Part shown: in pieces, positions 1 to 10,272 of the stretch | Numbering within the stretch: position 1 is the first letter of the stretch | Layout of the letters: each line of letters opens with the position of its first letter | NCBI GenBank assembly: GCA_016840085.1 | Contig: JAEOTA010000002.1 | Coordinates: forward strand, 1-43,556 | Direction of reading: 5' to 3' | DNA length: 43,556 nucleotides | Origin: Promethearchaeota archaeon | Lineage (GTDB): Archaea; Asgardarchaeota; Lokiarchaeia; Sigyniarchaeales; SOKP01 | Made by a program: the position numbers and the translations under genes | Notes under the pieces: generated by a model | Seen by the model: only the letters and a program-made list of their open reading frames with translations | Databases searched by the model: none | What the model was told of the DNA's origin: nothing

Positions 1-290
1 TCTGACACAGAATACATGTCTATTGAAATTTCTGCTTTTGTCCAATCAGCTGGTTTATCAGAAAAATTAAAGTATAAATATGCTTCATTCCATCCTAAAA
101 TATAATTTCCAAATATCAACCAATCTTTTCCACCGTTATTTGAAGTTAGATCATCTGATTCCACATAACTATCTTTTTCTGCTATTGTTGAAACAGTCTG
201 ATCTCTAATTATGGCTCTTGAAGGGGAAGGAAAGAACACCAATACAGCTATAAATAAAACTCCAACCAAAAATAAAATCTTCTTTTTCAT
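1..290 (-). CDS. Partial secreted protein (runs off window edge); signal peptide plus DNRLRE/CBM96-like domain
   Basis: Manual translation from ATG at 290: MKKKILFLVGVLFIAVLVFFPSPSRA (signal peptide), then AEKDSYVES..NNGG..L.FG...EAYLYFNF, resembling DNRLRE/CBM96 domains. Open to the window edge and absent from the ORF track. Confidence 0.7.
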   Translation of the reverse strand, partial: MKKKILFLVGVLFIAVLVFFPSPSRAIIRDQTVSTIAEKDSYVESDDLTSNNGGKDWLIFGNYILGWNEAYLYFNFSDKPADWTKAEISIDMYSVS

Positions 291-416
291 GTTAATTCTT
301 TTTTTAATATAATTAAATTCTTATAGTGATCCCTATAGAATTCTTTATACGATAAATAAATTATCAGCTTAACATTTAAATCTTAACTTCAAGTTAATTG
401 CTATACCAGTAAAATA

Positions 417-941
417 TTATAATTTACTCATATCAAACCCGCAATTTGTACAGAACTTTCCTATAGTAACCTTTGTCCCACATTTAGGGCAAAATTCAAA
501 TTTAATGGATTGTTGAGATTGCTGATACGACTCGATTGTTACCCCTAATACCTGATTTAATCGATGATGGATTTTTTTGAATTCTTCACGAGCTTTGATG
601 CTAGGATCTTCCACTTTCTCAACTTTCTTTCGAGGTAATTGAGCTTCAAGTGTGGTTGATTTTTGTAATTGCTTTAAGAATCTAAGGGTAAGATCTCTGG
701 TGTAATCTGTAATAAAGGTTCCATTATGACCAAACCCATAGATTTTAAGCTCATCCCCTCGATCTTCCACTATCAAGTATTCAATAGGACCTTTCTGTTT
801 TATGAGTAAGTTTGGTAGAATCCCGCGTTTAAGCACAGTTTGGCTTTTTACTCGAAAGACCTTAACTGATTTAGGTCTTTTTTCTTTATATTCCCTATTC
901 GCAAAATGGATAACCGTTTTTAGCCCTTCTCGTTCACGCAT
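417..941 (-). CDS. Hypothetical protein with C-terminal double zinc ribbon
   Basis: C-terminal FCPKCG...FCTNCG. Confidence 0.75.
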   Translation of the reverse strand: MREREGLKTVIHFANREYKEKRPKSVKVFRVKSQTVLKRGILPNLLIKQKGPIEYLIVEDRGDELKIYGFGHNGTFITDYTRDLTLRFLKQLQKSTTLEAQLPRKKVEKVEDPSIKAREEFKKIHHRLNQVLGVTIESYQQSQQSIKFEFCPKCGTKVTIGKFCTNCGFDMSKL

Positions 942-948
942 TGTATCA

Positions 949-1074
949 TTAACGCCGTTTATCCATATTTAAAAAAGCTAATGCTACGATTAACTCTATT
1001 TTTTTCTTCTTTCTTTCTTTTTCTTCTTTATCCTTTAAGGATTGTATACTTTTTTTAGATTTGATTTTTCTCAT
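949..1074 (-). CDS. Possible small basic protein (41 aa)
   Basis: ATG at 1074 to TAA at 949 (MRKIKSKK...IELIVALAFLNMDKRR), ending 7 bp before the next co-oriented gene. No recognisable family. Confidence 0.25.
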   Translation of the reverse strand: MRKIKSKKSIQSLKDKEEKERKKKKIELIVALAFLNMDKRR

Positions 1075-1272
1075 TCCTACACCCAACTAAAATTGCCTTA
1101 TTATAAAAATATGGATAAGTTGACTATAAATAATTTTGGTTATACATGCTTCTATTTTTTTAATTTTTTTCAGACTTTTTTCTTAAATTTAAATTACTAA
1201 ATTGTATATCCCTTACGTTTATTTGTGACTTAAAGTTATTTTCACTAAAAGAATAATTAAAATATGATTTAA

Positions 1273-1515
1273 ATGAGTATAGATAATCAAGATGGAAGAT
1301 GTGATATTTGTGGTAAAGAGCCTATATTTGTACGTTCTTATTTACATACTATAGGTCGAAATTTTAATAATCATCATGCTGACGGTAGTTATAATGACGA
1401 TCCTTTTATCCATAAATCAGAGTTATGGATTTGTTTACAATGCCGGAAGTCTAAAGAAGATAAGATAAAGGCGGTGGCAATAGAGAAATTACGAAAAGAT
1501 ATAAAAAAAGGTTGA
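1273..1515 (+). CDS. Small zinc-finger protein
   Basis: CDIC...CLQC pairs with a basic C-terminal helix. Confidence 0.65.
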   Translation: MSIDNQDGRCDICGKEPIFVRSYLHTIGRNFNNHHADGSYNDDPFIHKSELWICLQCRKSKEDKIKAVAIEKLRKDIKKG

Positions 1516-1927
1516 TATTATTGGCTGACATAAGTACCGAATCGGAAAAGTCTAAAGAAAGACTTTGAGAACTTTAAAGTCCTTCCTGAAAGATTAAGGG
1601 CAATGGTTAACATCCTTCAATCTATATATTAGGTTGTCTTGAATGCAAGTCTATATTTTATGATTACAGAGACTAGAAAATAAGACAATAAAGAAAAAAA
1701 GAGAGTTATAATTTAGTGTGGAAAATGATTTAGATATATTTGACAAGAATTTATGATATAAAAATGGGTTTATATACAAAATCACTTATACTCCTTATCC
1801 TTGCAAATATAGGGGTACCCACAGGACTAATTCTTTTACGTCGAGATATGAATGATGAAATTGATCTTCCGGTATTGATAAAAGGCCCTCTTTAGACATT
1901 TTTTTAGCAAGTGATCTTAGACCGGTT

Positions 1928-2428
1928 TTAAAATTCTACTATTCTTTTAATATTTTTGTAATATGTTTTTAGTTTTTCTGCCCAATCTACAGGACAAAAT
2001 TTTTCTTGTTTTAAACGAAAATCTCTTCTAGAAGTCCTCTTTTTTGGTGTTCCATCTCGTTTTGGTTCTGAATGGTATTTTTCTTCAAAATATATACTGT
2101 ATTCTGCAAGTTCCTCAGATGAAATAGCCCAATACTCAATGTTGTCTGGAACATATCTTACAAAGACATAAAAGAAGTCCTCTTGAATATTCTCTGGAAG
2201 TTCTGACTTACTTTTAAACTGTATTTTATTTTGATCTTCATTCAGGGTTGTCTTAACTTGGATTTTGACAGTTTTTTTAGAAGGTGTCACTGCTAAAATG
2301 TCATACAATTCTGCCCTACCAAGAGTAATAGTTGTTGTACATCCATGATATGACAATAAAGATGCAATAAAATATTCTCCTGTATTTCCTATATCTTGAT
2401 AATCTTTTGTTTTTACCATCTTTTTCAA
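1928..2428 (-). CDS. PD-(D/E)XK restriction-endonuclease-fold nuclease
   Basis: GNTGEYF...YDILAV...KIQVKT fits the E / D / Q-x-K motif set of this fold. Confidence 0.8.
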   Translation of the reverse strand: MKKMVKTKDYQDIGNTGEYFIASLLSYHGCTTTITLGRAELYDILAVTPSKKTVKIQVKTTLNEDQNKIQFKSKSELPENIQEDFFYVFVRYVPDNIEYWAISSEELAEYSIYFEEKYHSEPKRDGTPKKRTSRRDFRLKQEKFCPVDWAEKLKTYYKNIKRIVEF

Positions 2429-2513
2429 TCCTTATTTTTTATTTTTAAAAACCTATCATTATTAATCCTGATCAGTTTTTTTAATATTATCTTAGTCAGA
2501 AGAGAGTAATTGG

Positions 2514-2900
2514 TTATCTTTTATATTCTTTATAAACTTTAGAAATCCCGTTAATTAAATTAGGAGCATCATCATAGGGAAATATAAGCTCTTTAAATTC
2601 TTCATCGTGTTCTTGGACAATATGAAAATGATCTTCACATGAACTCACATAATAAGTCACTTGGTCTTCTTGATCAAAATGGTCAATATCATCTTGCATT
2701 TCACCAAATTTTTGGATATTATTACTCTTAAATTTGTGATAATATTGATTTGTGAGATATCCTTGGCATAAGGAATCCATGTCTTGAATTCCCGCCATAA
2801 ATTTCACTTCATTTCCTAACTCCTCATATACAAATTGGAATTCGGGTATTTTCAGACATAGTTGATGAAGTTATATTCCTACCTTATACTTTTCTCTCAT
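2514..2900 (-). pseudogene. Hypothetical gene with in-frame TAA at codon 10
   Basis: ATG at 2900 is in frame with ORF 2514-2807. The only interruption is TAA at 2871-2873 (MREKYKVGI*LHQLCLKIPEF...). Confidence 0.5.
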
Positions 2901-2990
2901 AATATTCACTACAAAACTGTTCTTTTTGAATATAATTATTAAATCTTAAACAAATTATGAGAGTGTGAGAAAAAAAAATAAAAGAGAAAA

Positions 2991-3411
2991 TTAATCTTTT
3001 GATTTTTTAAATAGTGCCGATTCTCCATATTTGACAACCTTTACATTAACCACCGTCATATCAGCAGTAATCTCATTGCCTCGAACAGTTTTTCTCCGTT
3101 TTTCTCCCTTTCTTTTTGGCTTGAATCCTATCCCTCGTTTTGATACCAGTATTTTCTTCTTGACAGGACCATGAATATCCTTTCGCATCGCGAATCCGCT
3201 TGAATCACTTCCACCCGTAATTTCAAATTCATAGTTAGCAAAGCCGAGTAACCCCCCCTTTTATCACATCACCGATTTTCTTACCCTCGATATGGTCAAA
3301 AGGTTTATTTCTACTGCTTTCTGGGAGTTCAATAAGCATCGATAATCCTTTGCCAGGTCCCGCATCTCCGCCACTTATATTTAGCCGGTGTACAAGTTTC
3401 TCTTTTGACAT
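2991..3411 (-). CDS. rps6e: 30S ribosomal protein eS6 (S6e), frameshifted at a G7 run
   Basis: N-half from ATG 3411 (MSKEKLVHRLNIS...GKKIGDVIKGG) and C-half (LLGFANYEFEITGGSDSSGFAMRKDIHG...RKTVRGNEI) lie in frames offset by one base at the C7 run 3252-3258. Confidence 0.92.
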
Positions 3412-3696
3412 GATAGCTCATTTAGCTATTTATTTTTGAAGGAAAAACCATCAGTCATTTTGGGTGGTTACAAAATTTAGTATTGGATGAATAAATTTCT
3501 ATTTAAATTGCGATTTTAATCAAAGAATTTTAAAAATTGTTTAATAAAATCATAATTACACCCAAGAAGAAAAGCTGCGAGAAAAATCTTGACCGCGCGG
3601 AACAGATGTCGTTACATTTAAACACCCATTCAAATCGAATGGAGAGCACCTACATCAAGGCGAAGAACGCGATGAGAGTACTTGGATTTGGTGAAA

Positions 3697-6087
3697 TCAA
3701 TATTTTTGGAGGACGATGAACATCTTTCCCTTGACAGGTATTTTCACCATGACCATGCCCGATGGATCGAACCACCACCCTTCGGTCGCTCTTTTGAACT
3801 CTTCATGCGTAGAATAGCGCACCAATTCTTCCCCGTTGGCAATTGTTCCTAAGGGACAAGGGGTCCTGTTGAACCTCAGAATGTAGTTCTTAGTCGACTC
3901 GCCAATCTCAAAGATTATCTCTTTCATGCGTCTGTTGCCTCGAAATGTCATCTTCTCCTTCTCATTATGCAGTGTGAACTCCGCGCGGCTGTAGAGATAA
4001 ATATCTAAGGTGATGGGATCGAATGGCTTCTCCCCGAGGTAGTTCATCTTAGGCCCCATAGGGATTATGGAGTCAGCTTTTACAAAAAGCGGCAACCTCT
4101 CCAATGGTGCACGATAATTGATACTCTTTGGCCCTTCATACTCTTCCTTTGTCCAGTAATCGATCCACTTCCCCGCCGGCAGGTATATGATCCTCTCCTC
4201 CTCTTCATTGAAGATCGGCGCCACGAGGAACGACTCACCAAACATATATTGTGTGTCCTTATCATGGCAGTTGGGGTCCTCCTGATACTCGAGAACCATC
4301 GCCCTGATCATCGGCCAACCAGTTCTGCAGGAAACATAGGCACAGGAATAAATATAGGGTATCAACAGGTATCTCAGATTCGCATATTTACGAAAGATGC
4401 GCAGGGCTTCCTCTCCGAATTCCCAAGGCTCACGGGGCGTAATTCCGTGGCATCTAGAATGTGAGCAAAATAGGCCGAACTGGGCCCACCTAATGTAAAG
4501 TTCAGGGGTTGGCTCACCTGGGTATCCTCCTATATCATGGCTCCAGAAAGGAACCCCCGAAAGCCCTAAGCTCAGCCCTCCCATGAGCGTGCAAGCCATA
4601 GTACGGAAATCCGATGAGGGATCTCCAGACCAGCAAACAGGATATCTCTGCATTCCTGCATAACCACTACGCCCCCAGACGATCCCCTCTCGCCAGAACT
4701 CGCACACAACCTCAAAGACAGCCTTGTTATATAATAGCGGATAGAGGTTGTGAATCTCCTCCCCGCTCACGCCTCCGTAGTAGAAGGCATCCCTTGGCGC
4801 GGATTCTCCGAAGTCGGTTTTGAACACTGAAACCCCCAGCCTTAGCAGTTTTCGGAGCTTCTCCTTGTACCACTTCACGGCCTCCGGGTTCGAGAAATCA
4901 ACCACTCCTTTATCCTTGAAGAAGACATCGGAGTACTCCCAAGTTTCCAACCTTTTATCGTATACTGATCCATCCTTTTTCATCGCGAAGTATCCAGATT
5001 TTTTCGCTTCCTCAAAGATCTTGCTTCCCTTCGGCACGTAGGGCATTATCCAGAGTGAGAGCTTAAACCCATTTCCCCTTAGTTTCTTGATCATTTTACT
5101 TGGATCTGGAAAGGTTTCTTCGTTCCATTCGAGGTCGCACCAACGATTCTCCCTTAGCCAGGCTGGGTCAAGGTGGATAACATCGCATGGGATTTCGCGT
5201 TTTCTAAGCTCGTGGGAGACTTTTTCCATTTCACTTCGATTTTTATATGTCGCTCTTGACATCCATAGCCCGAACGACCATTTCGGCGGAACAGTGGGCT
5301 TTCCCGTGAGTTCCGTGTAAAGATTCAGGATATGTTTGAAAGATGGCCCGTAGATGAAGAAATAATCCATCAAACCATCCTTGATTAAAAAAGTGTAGGA
5401 AAGGTAATATTGCCTGCCCATGTCATAAGCGACCTCGTGGGAGGAGTTAACGAATATCCCATATCCCCTTGTGCTCATGAAGAAAGGAATATTTTTGTAG
5501 GTCCTAGCGGTCGAGTTGTCCAAGCCGTCGGTCGTCCAAGAAATGATCCTCTGTCCCCTTTTATCCAAGTTCGAGAACTTCTCTCCAAACCCATAAAAAT
5601 GCTCGTCTGGGAAAAGTGATATCGTTTCGAAAACATTACATTCAAAGCCCTTCCCTACCGAAAAGCCAAGCGGGTAAACGAACTTCCACAAACCAGTTTC
5701 GCCCGCTGGGAGTTCTCGGAAGATGAGTTTCCCTTCCGCGTTATGCACGGACAGTCCCCAACAATCTTTATTAATTTGAATTGTCAGCTTTGGTGTTTTA
5801 ATCTGCAAGAAGCCATTTTCCTCTTTGAGCTTGTATTCGACTTCTTCAAGCCTCTCCCTGATGAGCATCGGGGTTTTATGCTCAGGGATATTCCCAGAGG
5901 TTGTTGTCATCCTCAGTCTGAATACATCGCCTGCGCACAAGTCCAGCCTGAGCTTAACGGGATTTCCTTCGTTTGTTTCACATTCGAAAAAAAACGCATC
6001 CTCCCGCCTCCTCACCTCTCTTACTCGTTTTACATATTGGATCTTGCGTCGCTCCCGCTGGAAAAGGTCGTCAGCTAACAATACCAT
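3697..6087 (-). CDS. Glycoside hydrolase family 31, YicI-like (probable alpha-xylosidase)
   Basis: YGFGE, YKNIPF, KWSFGLW, nucleophile motif FKTDFGE, acid/base WSGD, SHDIGG, RWAQFG. Probable start is ATG 6087, just after the ATPase stop. Confidence 0.9.
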   Translation of the reverse strand: MVLLADDLFQRERRKIQYVKRVREVRRREDAFFFECETNEGNPVKLRLDLCAGDVFRLRMTTTSGNIPEHKTPMLIRERLEEVEYKLKEENGFLQIKTPKLTIQINKDCWGLSVHNAEGKLIFRELPAGETGLWKFVYPLGFSVGKGFECNVFETISLFPDEHFYGFGEKFSNLDKRGQRIISWTTDGLDNSTARTYKNIPFFMSTRGYGIFVNSSHEVAYDMGRQYYLSYTFLIKDGLMDYFFIYGPSFKHILNLYTELTGKPTVPPKWSFGLWMSRATYKNRSEMEKVSHELRKREIPCDVIHLDPAWLRENRWCDLEWNEETFPDPSKMIKKLRGNGFKLSLWIMPYVPKGSKIFEEAKKSGYFAMKKDGSVYDKRLETWEYSDVFFKDKGVVDFSNPEAVKWYKEKLRKLLRLGVSVFKTDFGESAPRDAFYYGGVSGEEIHNLYPLLYNKAVFEVVCEFWREGIVWGRSGYAGMQRYPVCWSGDPSSDFRTMACTLMGGLSLGLSGVPFWSHDIGGYPGEPTPELYIRWAQFGLFCSHSRCHGITPREPWEFGEEALRIFRKYANLRYLLIPYIYSCAYVSCRTGWPMIRAMVLEYQEDPNCHDKDTQYMFGESFLVAPIFNEEEERIIYLPAGKWIDYWTKEEYEGPKSINYRAPLERLPLFVKADSIIPMGPKMNYLGEKPFDPITLDIYLYSRAEFTLHNEKEKMTFRGNRRMKEIIFEIGESTKNYILRFNRTPCPLGTIANGEELVRYSTHEEFKRATEGWWFDPSGMVMVKIPVKGKMFIVLQKY

Positions 6088-6091
6088 CGGA

Positions 6092-7189
6092 TCATCCCCC
6101 GAGAGCCTCCTCAGTCTTACCATCAAACAAGTGGATTGCGTCTTCATAAAATGAAATATTTATTTTTTTACCTACTGAAAATTCTGTTTTGGCAGATGTT
6201 CTAGCAACAGCTAAATTATTATCAAATTTTAAATGTAAGAAAGTCTCAAAGCCAAGAGGTTCTACACCTTCAATCTCAGCAACTATTAGCCCTTTCTTTG
6301 ATACATTTACATGAATATTTTCTGGCCTAATGCCTAAAATCAGTTTTGATCCATGCATTTTTTTAATAACAATGCCAGCTATTTCAGCAGAAAGGGGGAA
6401 GGTGAAGTCTCCTGTGTCTATAATAATTTTTTCTCCCTTTTCTAAGAGTTCGCCCTCAAAAAAATTCATTGAGGGGGAACCAATAAATCCAGCCACAAAT
6501 TTGTCTGATGGGTGGTAGTACAGATCTTTACTGCTACCAGTTTGCTTTATTTTTCCGCTTTTCATTACGGCGATTCTATCCCCCATAGATATTGCCTCTA
6601 CTTGATCATGAGTCACAAAAACGGTAGTCACTTGCAATTTTCTTTGCAATTTTTTCAATTCTACACGCATCTTTGCTCTTAGCTTTGCGTCGAGGTTAGC
6701 TAGGGGCTCATCTAATAAGAAAATTTTTGGTTCTCTGACTATTGCTCTTCCTAAGGCTGCTCTCTGTTTCTGACCACCAGAAAGTTGTGCTGGTATTCGA
6801 TCTAAAAGATCCTCTATATCCATTAATTTGGTTGCCCAATGAATTTTTTCATTGATTTTATCTTTTGAGTACCCCCTGTTTTTCAGAGGTAATTTCATAT
6901 TGTTGAAAACAGTCATGTGGGGGTAAAGAGCGAATTCCTGAAAAACCATCGCAACATTTCTATCTTTTGGCGACATATCATCGATTACCTGATTCCCCAG
7001 ACGGATAGATCCCTCATCCAGTTTTTCTAAACCAGCTATTAGTCTTAAAAGCGTAGTTTTTCCGCATCCACTGGGTCCTAGCAAAGCCATGAACTCTCCA
7101 GGTTTTACAGAGAGGTTTACCCTATCTACGGCGATGACTTCACCGAATTTTTTAGCAACATTTTCAATGGTTAGCTTGGATGCGTCCAT
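6092..7189 (-). CDS. Sugar ABC transporter ATP-binding protein (MalK/UgpC family)
   Basis: Walker A GPSGCGKT, LSGGQKQR, LLDEP, H-loop VTHDQ, C-terminal GIRPE TOBE region. Confidence 0.95.
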   Translation of the reverse strand: MDASKLTIENVAKKFGEVIAVDRVNLSVKPGEFMALLGPSGCGKTTLLRLIAGLEKLDEGSIRLGNQVIDDMSPKDRNVAMVFQEFALYPHMTVFNNMKLPLKNRGYSKDKINEKIHWATKLMDIEDLLDRIPAQLSGGQKQRAALGRAIVREPKIFLLDEPLANLDAKLRAKMRVELKKLQRKLQVTTVFVTHDQVEAISMGDRIAVMKSGKIKQTGSSKDLYYHPSDKFVAGFIGSPSMNFFEGELLEKGEKIIIDTGDFTFPLSAEIAGIVIKKMHGSKLILGIRPENIHVNVSKKGLIVAEIEGVEPLGFETFLHLKFDNNLAVARTSAKTEFSVGKKINISFYEDAIHLFDGKTEEALGG

Positions 7190-8016
7190 TATTTGATCCC
7201 CGTAATTACTAGTGTAGGTCTAAAATATTTCTGCAATACTATAAAAAGGATTATTGATGGTAAAACACCAAAAGTAGCTGCTGCAGTCAAGGGACCCCAT
7301 AAAGCGAAATATTGAGTTTGAAATAGTGTCATACCTGCGGGCATCGTTCTCATATCCATGGACGAAGTGGCAGTTATAGCCCAAGCAAGTTCATCCCACG
7401 TATACATCCACGTAAATATACCTATTGTTATCAGGCCTGGCATAACTAAAGGAAGCATTATTTTTCGATAAATAGTGAAGGTAGAACATCCATCTATCTT
7501 CGCCATATCTTCAAGAGAGGATGGAATTTTTTCGAAAAATGCTCTGATTATAAGGGTTGGTAAGGCAATGTTCCATCCTATGTAAGGGAGAATTATCGCG
7601 AGATATGTGTTATACAAGCCTGCCGCGTTTATAACAAAAAAAGTTGGGATGAGCAAGGCAAACCCAGGCCCCGTTAATGAGGCTAAAAGCAAGTAAAAAA
7701 GAATACGCTTCCCCTTAAAATCTAATCTGGCAAACGCATACCCAGCAAAAGAGGTTATAAATACGACAGCTAGAGTAACAACTGATGCGATGAGCAAGCT
7801 ATTAAACCAAAATATACCGAAGGGCGCTGCAGTCCACATAAATTCATAATTCGAAAATGTAAATTCTTTCGGAAAGATGGGTGGAGGATAAGTAAAAATC
7901 TCGCCTGAAGGTTTAAATGAGGTAGTGAACATCCACCAAAATGGGCCGATCATAATAATTACGGCAATCAATATAATTATATAAATGAGGGCAGAGTAAA
8001 CATTTTCTCTTCTCAT
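7189..8016 (-). CDS. Carbohydrate ABC transporter permease (MalG-like)
   Basis: Multiple TM segments, AGYAFARL, EAA-like loop LEDMAKIDG. Confidence 0.92.
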   Translation of the reverse strand: MRRENVYSALIYIIILIAVIIMIGPFWWMFTTSFKPSGEIFTYPPPIFPKEFTFSNYEFMWTAAPFGIFWFNSLLIASVVTLAVVFITSFAGYAFARLDFKGKRILFYLLLASLTGPGFALLIPTFFVINAAGLYNTYLAIILPYIGWNIALPTLIIRAFFEKIPSSLEDMAKIDGCSTFTIYRKIMLPLVMPGLITIGIFTWMYTWDELAWAITATSSMDMRTMPAGMTLFQTQYFALWGPLTAAATFGVLPSIILFIVLQKYFRPTLVITGIK

Positions 8017-8039
8017 ATTCTCATCTCCTACAGCTCCTC

Positions 8040-8927
8040 CTAGTACTCAACCCGTTTGCTTATTGCCTTTATTTGCAAAATTGATATGGATAGAATTATC
8101 GGCACTAGAATGTAGCCCATTGCAGACGCGTAACCAAAGTGGAGAAAAGAGAAAGCTTCCTTATATTGGAGAGTAAGAAGAGATTCAGTCGACCCTAATG
8201 GTCCTCCTTTGGTTAACACATATACTTGCGGAAAAATGTTAAACGCTCCAATTGATAAAAGGGCGGATACCATCCCAATCACTGGACTTATCAGAGGGAA
8301 AGTTACATGCCTAAATCTACCTAACACACCATCTCCATCTATTTTTGCCATTTCGTAAAATCTCTTAGGGATGGTTTGTAATGCAGCAAGAAAAATGACC
8401 ATTGCCCACCCCAACCCCTTCCATATACAGAAAGCTATAATGGAAAGTCTAGCTGTTAAGGGGGTTGCCAACCAAGGAATAGGGGCGTTCATGATGTTTG
8501 TTTGCAAGAGAACGGAGTTAAATAAAGCGTATTCATCTGGAGCTAACATCATTTTCCAAACTACTGCAACTATCGCCCAACTTGTGATCACCGGTATGTA
8601 GATCGCTGTGCTAAAGAAATTTCTTCCCTTGGCTATTCTGGAAAGGAGACCCGCAACTAGCAAACCAAGGATCACTTGTCCGGCGACGGTCGTGGCCACA
8701 TAAATGAGGGTGTTTTCAAAAGCTTTCCAAAAATATGGGTCCTTTATAACTGCCGCGTAATTATCTAACCCAACGAATTCCTCGGTAATTATCTCCCATT
8801 TAAAAAAACTCAGCCGAAAAGACCATATTATGGGGTAAAGGGAGAAAACCGTGAAAAAAAGGAAAGGTAAAAATAAAAAAAAAAAAGGTGTTGCTTTTTT
8901 CTTCAAAATCTGTAACTTTTTTTGCAT
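8040..8927 (-). CDS. Carbohydrate ABC transporter permease (MalF/UgpA-like)
   Basis: FVGLDNY, YEMAKIDG, LTKGGP, GYASA motifs. Confidence 0.92.
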   Translation of the reverse strand: MQKKLQILKKKATPFFFLFLPFLFFTVFSLYPIIWSFRLSFFKWEIITEEFVGLDNYAAVIKDPYFWKAFENTLIYVATTVAGQVILGLLVAGLLSRIAKGRNFFSTAIYIPVITSWAIVAVVWKMMLAPDEYALFNSVLLQTNIMNAPIPWLATPLTARLSIIAFCIWKGLGWAMVIFLAALQTIPKRFYEMAKIDGDGVLGRFRHVTFPLISPVIGMVSALLSIGAFNIFPQVYVLTKGGPLGSTESLLTLQYKEAFSFLHFGYASAMGYILVPIILSISILQIKAISKRVEY

Positions 8928-9076
8928 TATATCGTTAATTTCAGTGTTATTTATGTGAATTACTCTTCTTTCAATAGTTTATTTATTTCTGCCGCTGCTG
9001 CATCTAGAGCTTCTTTTGCCGTTTTCACTTGCGCGAATGCCTCTTCGAGATATTTATGCATTATATCGTTAATTTC
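8923..9076. repeat. Exact 20-bp direct repeat TGCATTATATCGTTAATTTC
   Basis: Copies at 8923-8942 and 9057-9076. Confidence 0.85.
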
Positions 9077-10261
9077 GGCATACATTGGGTGAATCACTCT
9101 GCTTTTCGCCGTTTCCATCTGTTCTGCGACTGTTGCCCATAGTGGATTACCAGCTATAATGTTGGCTTCCGAGGCAGCTTTTAAAGTTGGGAACTGGTCG
9201 ACTTCCATCATTGCGGATTGGAAGTAATAGCTTGTTAAATACTTTGCTAGCTTAAAAGCTTCCTCTGGATGCTCTGTAAATTTTGGCATAACTAAGTTTT
9301 GTCCTCCGATAACAGATGCCTCTCCAGCAGGCCCCGCTGGAAGGATCGCCATCCCTAGCTTGGCTTCCACATCTAAACCAAATATATCTCGGCAGCACGC
9401 CCAACCCCATGGACCAGACAGACCCATAGCGGTCTCTCCCGTCGAAATGGCTTCAATTGGCCATTTCCACTTTTCAGGTGGCGGGTTAACTTCATCCACA
9501 TATATCAAATCCAAGAGGAATTGCAAGGCTTCGACACCTTCAGTGCTGTTTACAGTGGATGTCTTCATATCGGAGCTAAGCTCAGATCCACCTGCTTGCC
9601 ATAGGAAAGAATTGAAGTGCCATGTGTCGTAACCCTCATATAAAAAGCCCCATTGATCTGTTACACCATCGACGTCAAGGTCCTTGGTTAGTTGGCTGGA
9701 AACGCTTTTTATTTCATCCCAAGTCGTAGGCACACTGACTCCTTCGGCCTCGAAGAGGTCTTTCCTATAGAAGAGTATTCTGGTAGTAGTGTCCAACGGC
9801 AACCCATATAGACCGCCTTCCCAAACACACGTTTCCCATGGCCCAGGATAGAAATCGTCCTTACTTATCCCTGCTGCTTCTGCGAGATCATTAAGATTTG
9901 TCAGCACGCCCATCTCTGCCAACCCGGGTGTTAAAGCAATATCATATCTAGCAAGGTCACATGGGACTTCTCCAGCAGCTAGAAGAGTTACCATTTTTTG
10001 GAGGAGCAAATCGTAAGGTACATATTCCATTTCTACTTCGATGTTCGTCTGGTTCGCATCCCATTCTCCTATGAGCGTCTCGGCTTTTTCTAACTCTGTT
10101 GCACCATAAGAGTGCCAAAACCGTAGAGTCATTATTCCTGAAGGGCGTAAAAACATAAATATGGCAATTCCTCCAACAACTCCTCCAACTGCCACTATGA
10201 TCACTATTGCAATCGCTATTATTTTCGATTTCTCTTTCAAAAATTCTTTCATTCCTTTCAT
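8960..10261 (-). CDS. Sugar ABC transporter substrate-binding protein (CUT1) with N-terminal membrane anchor
   Basis: Hydrophobic N-terminal anchor, LFYRKDLF, PTTWDE, GPW and IGG motifs of family-1 SBPs. DLDVDG is a DxDxDG-like loop. Confidence 0.92.
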   Translation of the reverse strand: MKGMKEFLKEKSKIIAIAIVIIVAVGGVVGGIAIFMFLRPSGIMTLRFWHSYGATELEKAETLIGEWDANQTNIEVEMEYVPYDLLLQKMVTLLAAGEVPCDLARYDIALTPGLAEMGVLTNLNDLAEAAGISKDDFYPGPWETCVWEGGLYGLPLDTTTRILFYRKDLFEAEGVSVPTTWDEIKSVSSQLTKDLDVDGVTDQWGFLYEGYDTWHFNSFLWQAGGSELSSDMKTSTVNSTEGVEALQFLLDLIYVDEVNPPPEKWKWPIEAISTGETAMGLSGPWGWACCRDIFGLDVEAKLGMAILPAGPAGEASVIGGQNLVMPKFTEHPEEAFKLAKYLTSYYFQSAMMEVDQFPTLKAASEANIIAGNPLWATVAEQMETAKSRVIHPMYAEINDIMHKYLEEAFAQVKTAKEALDAAAAEINKLLKEE

Positions 10262-10272
10262 TCTCTATTTTT

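Noticed and set aside
3537-3719. 60-aa + strand ORF ending NAMRVLG
   Set aside because: Spans the island edge and overlaps the GH31 stop. The faint amidohydrolase-tail resemblance is too short to support.
4080-6518. Numerous short ORFs overlapping the GH31 and ATPase genes
   Set aside because: Antisense or alternate-frame shadows in GC-richer coding DNA, with no motifs.
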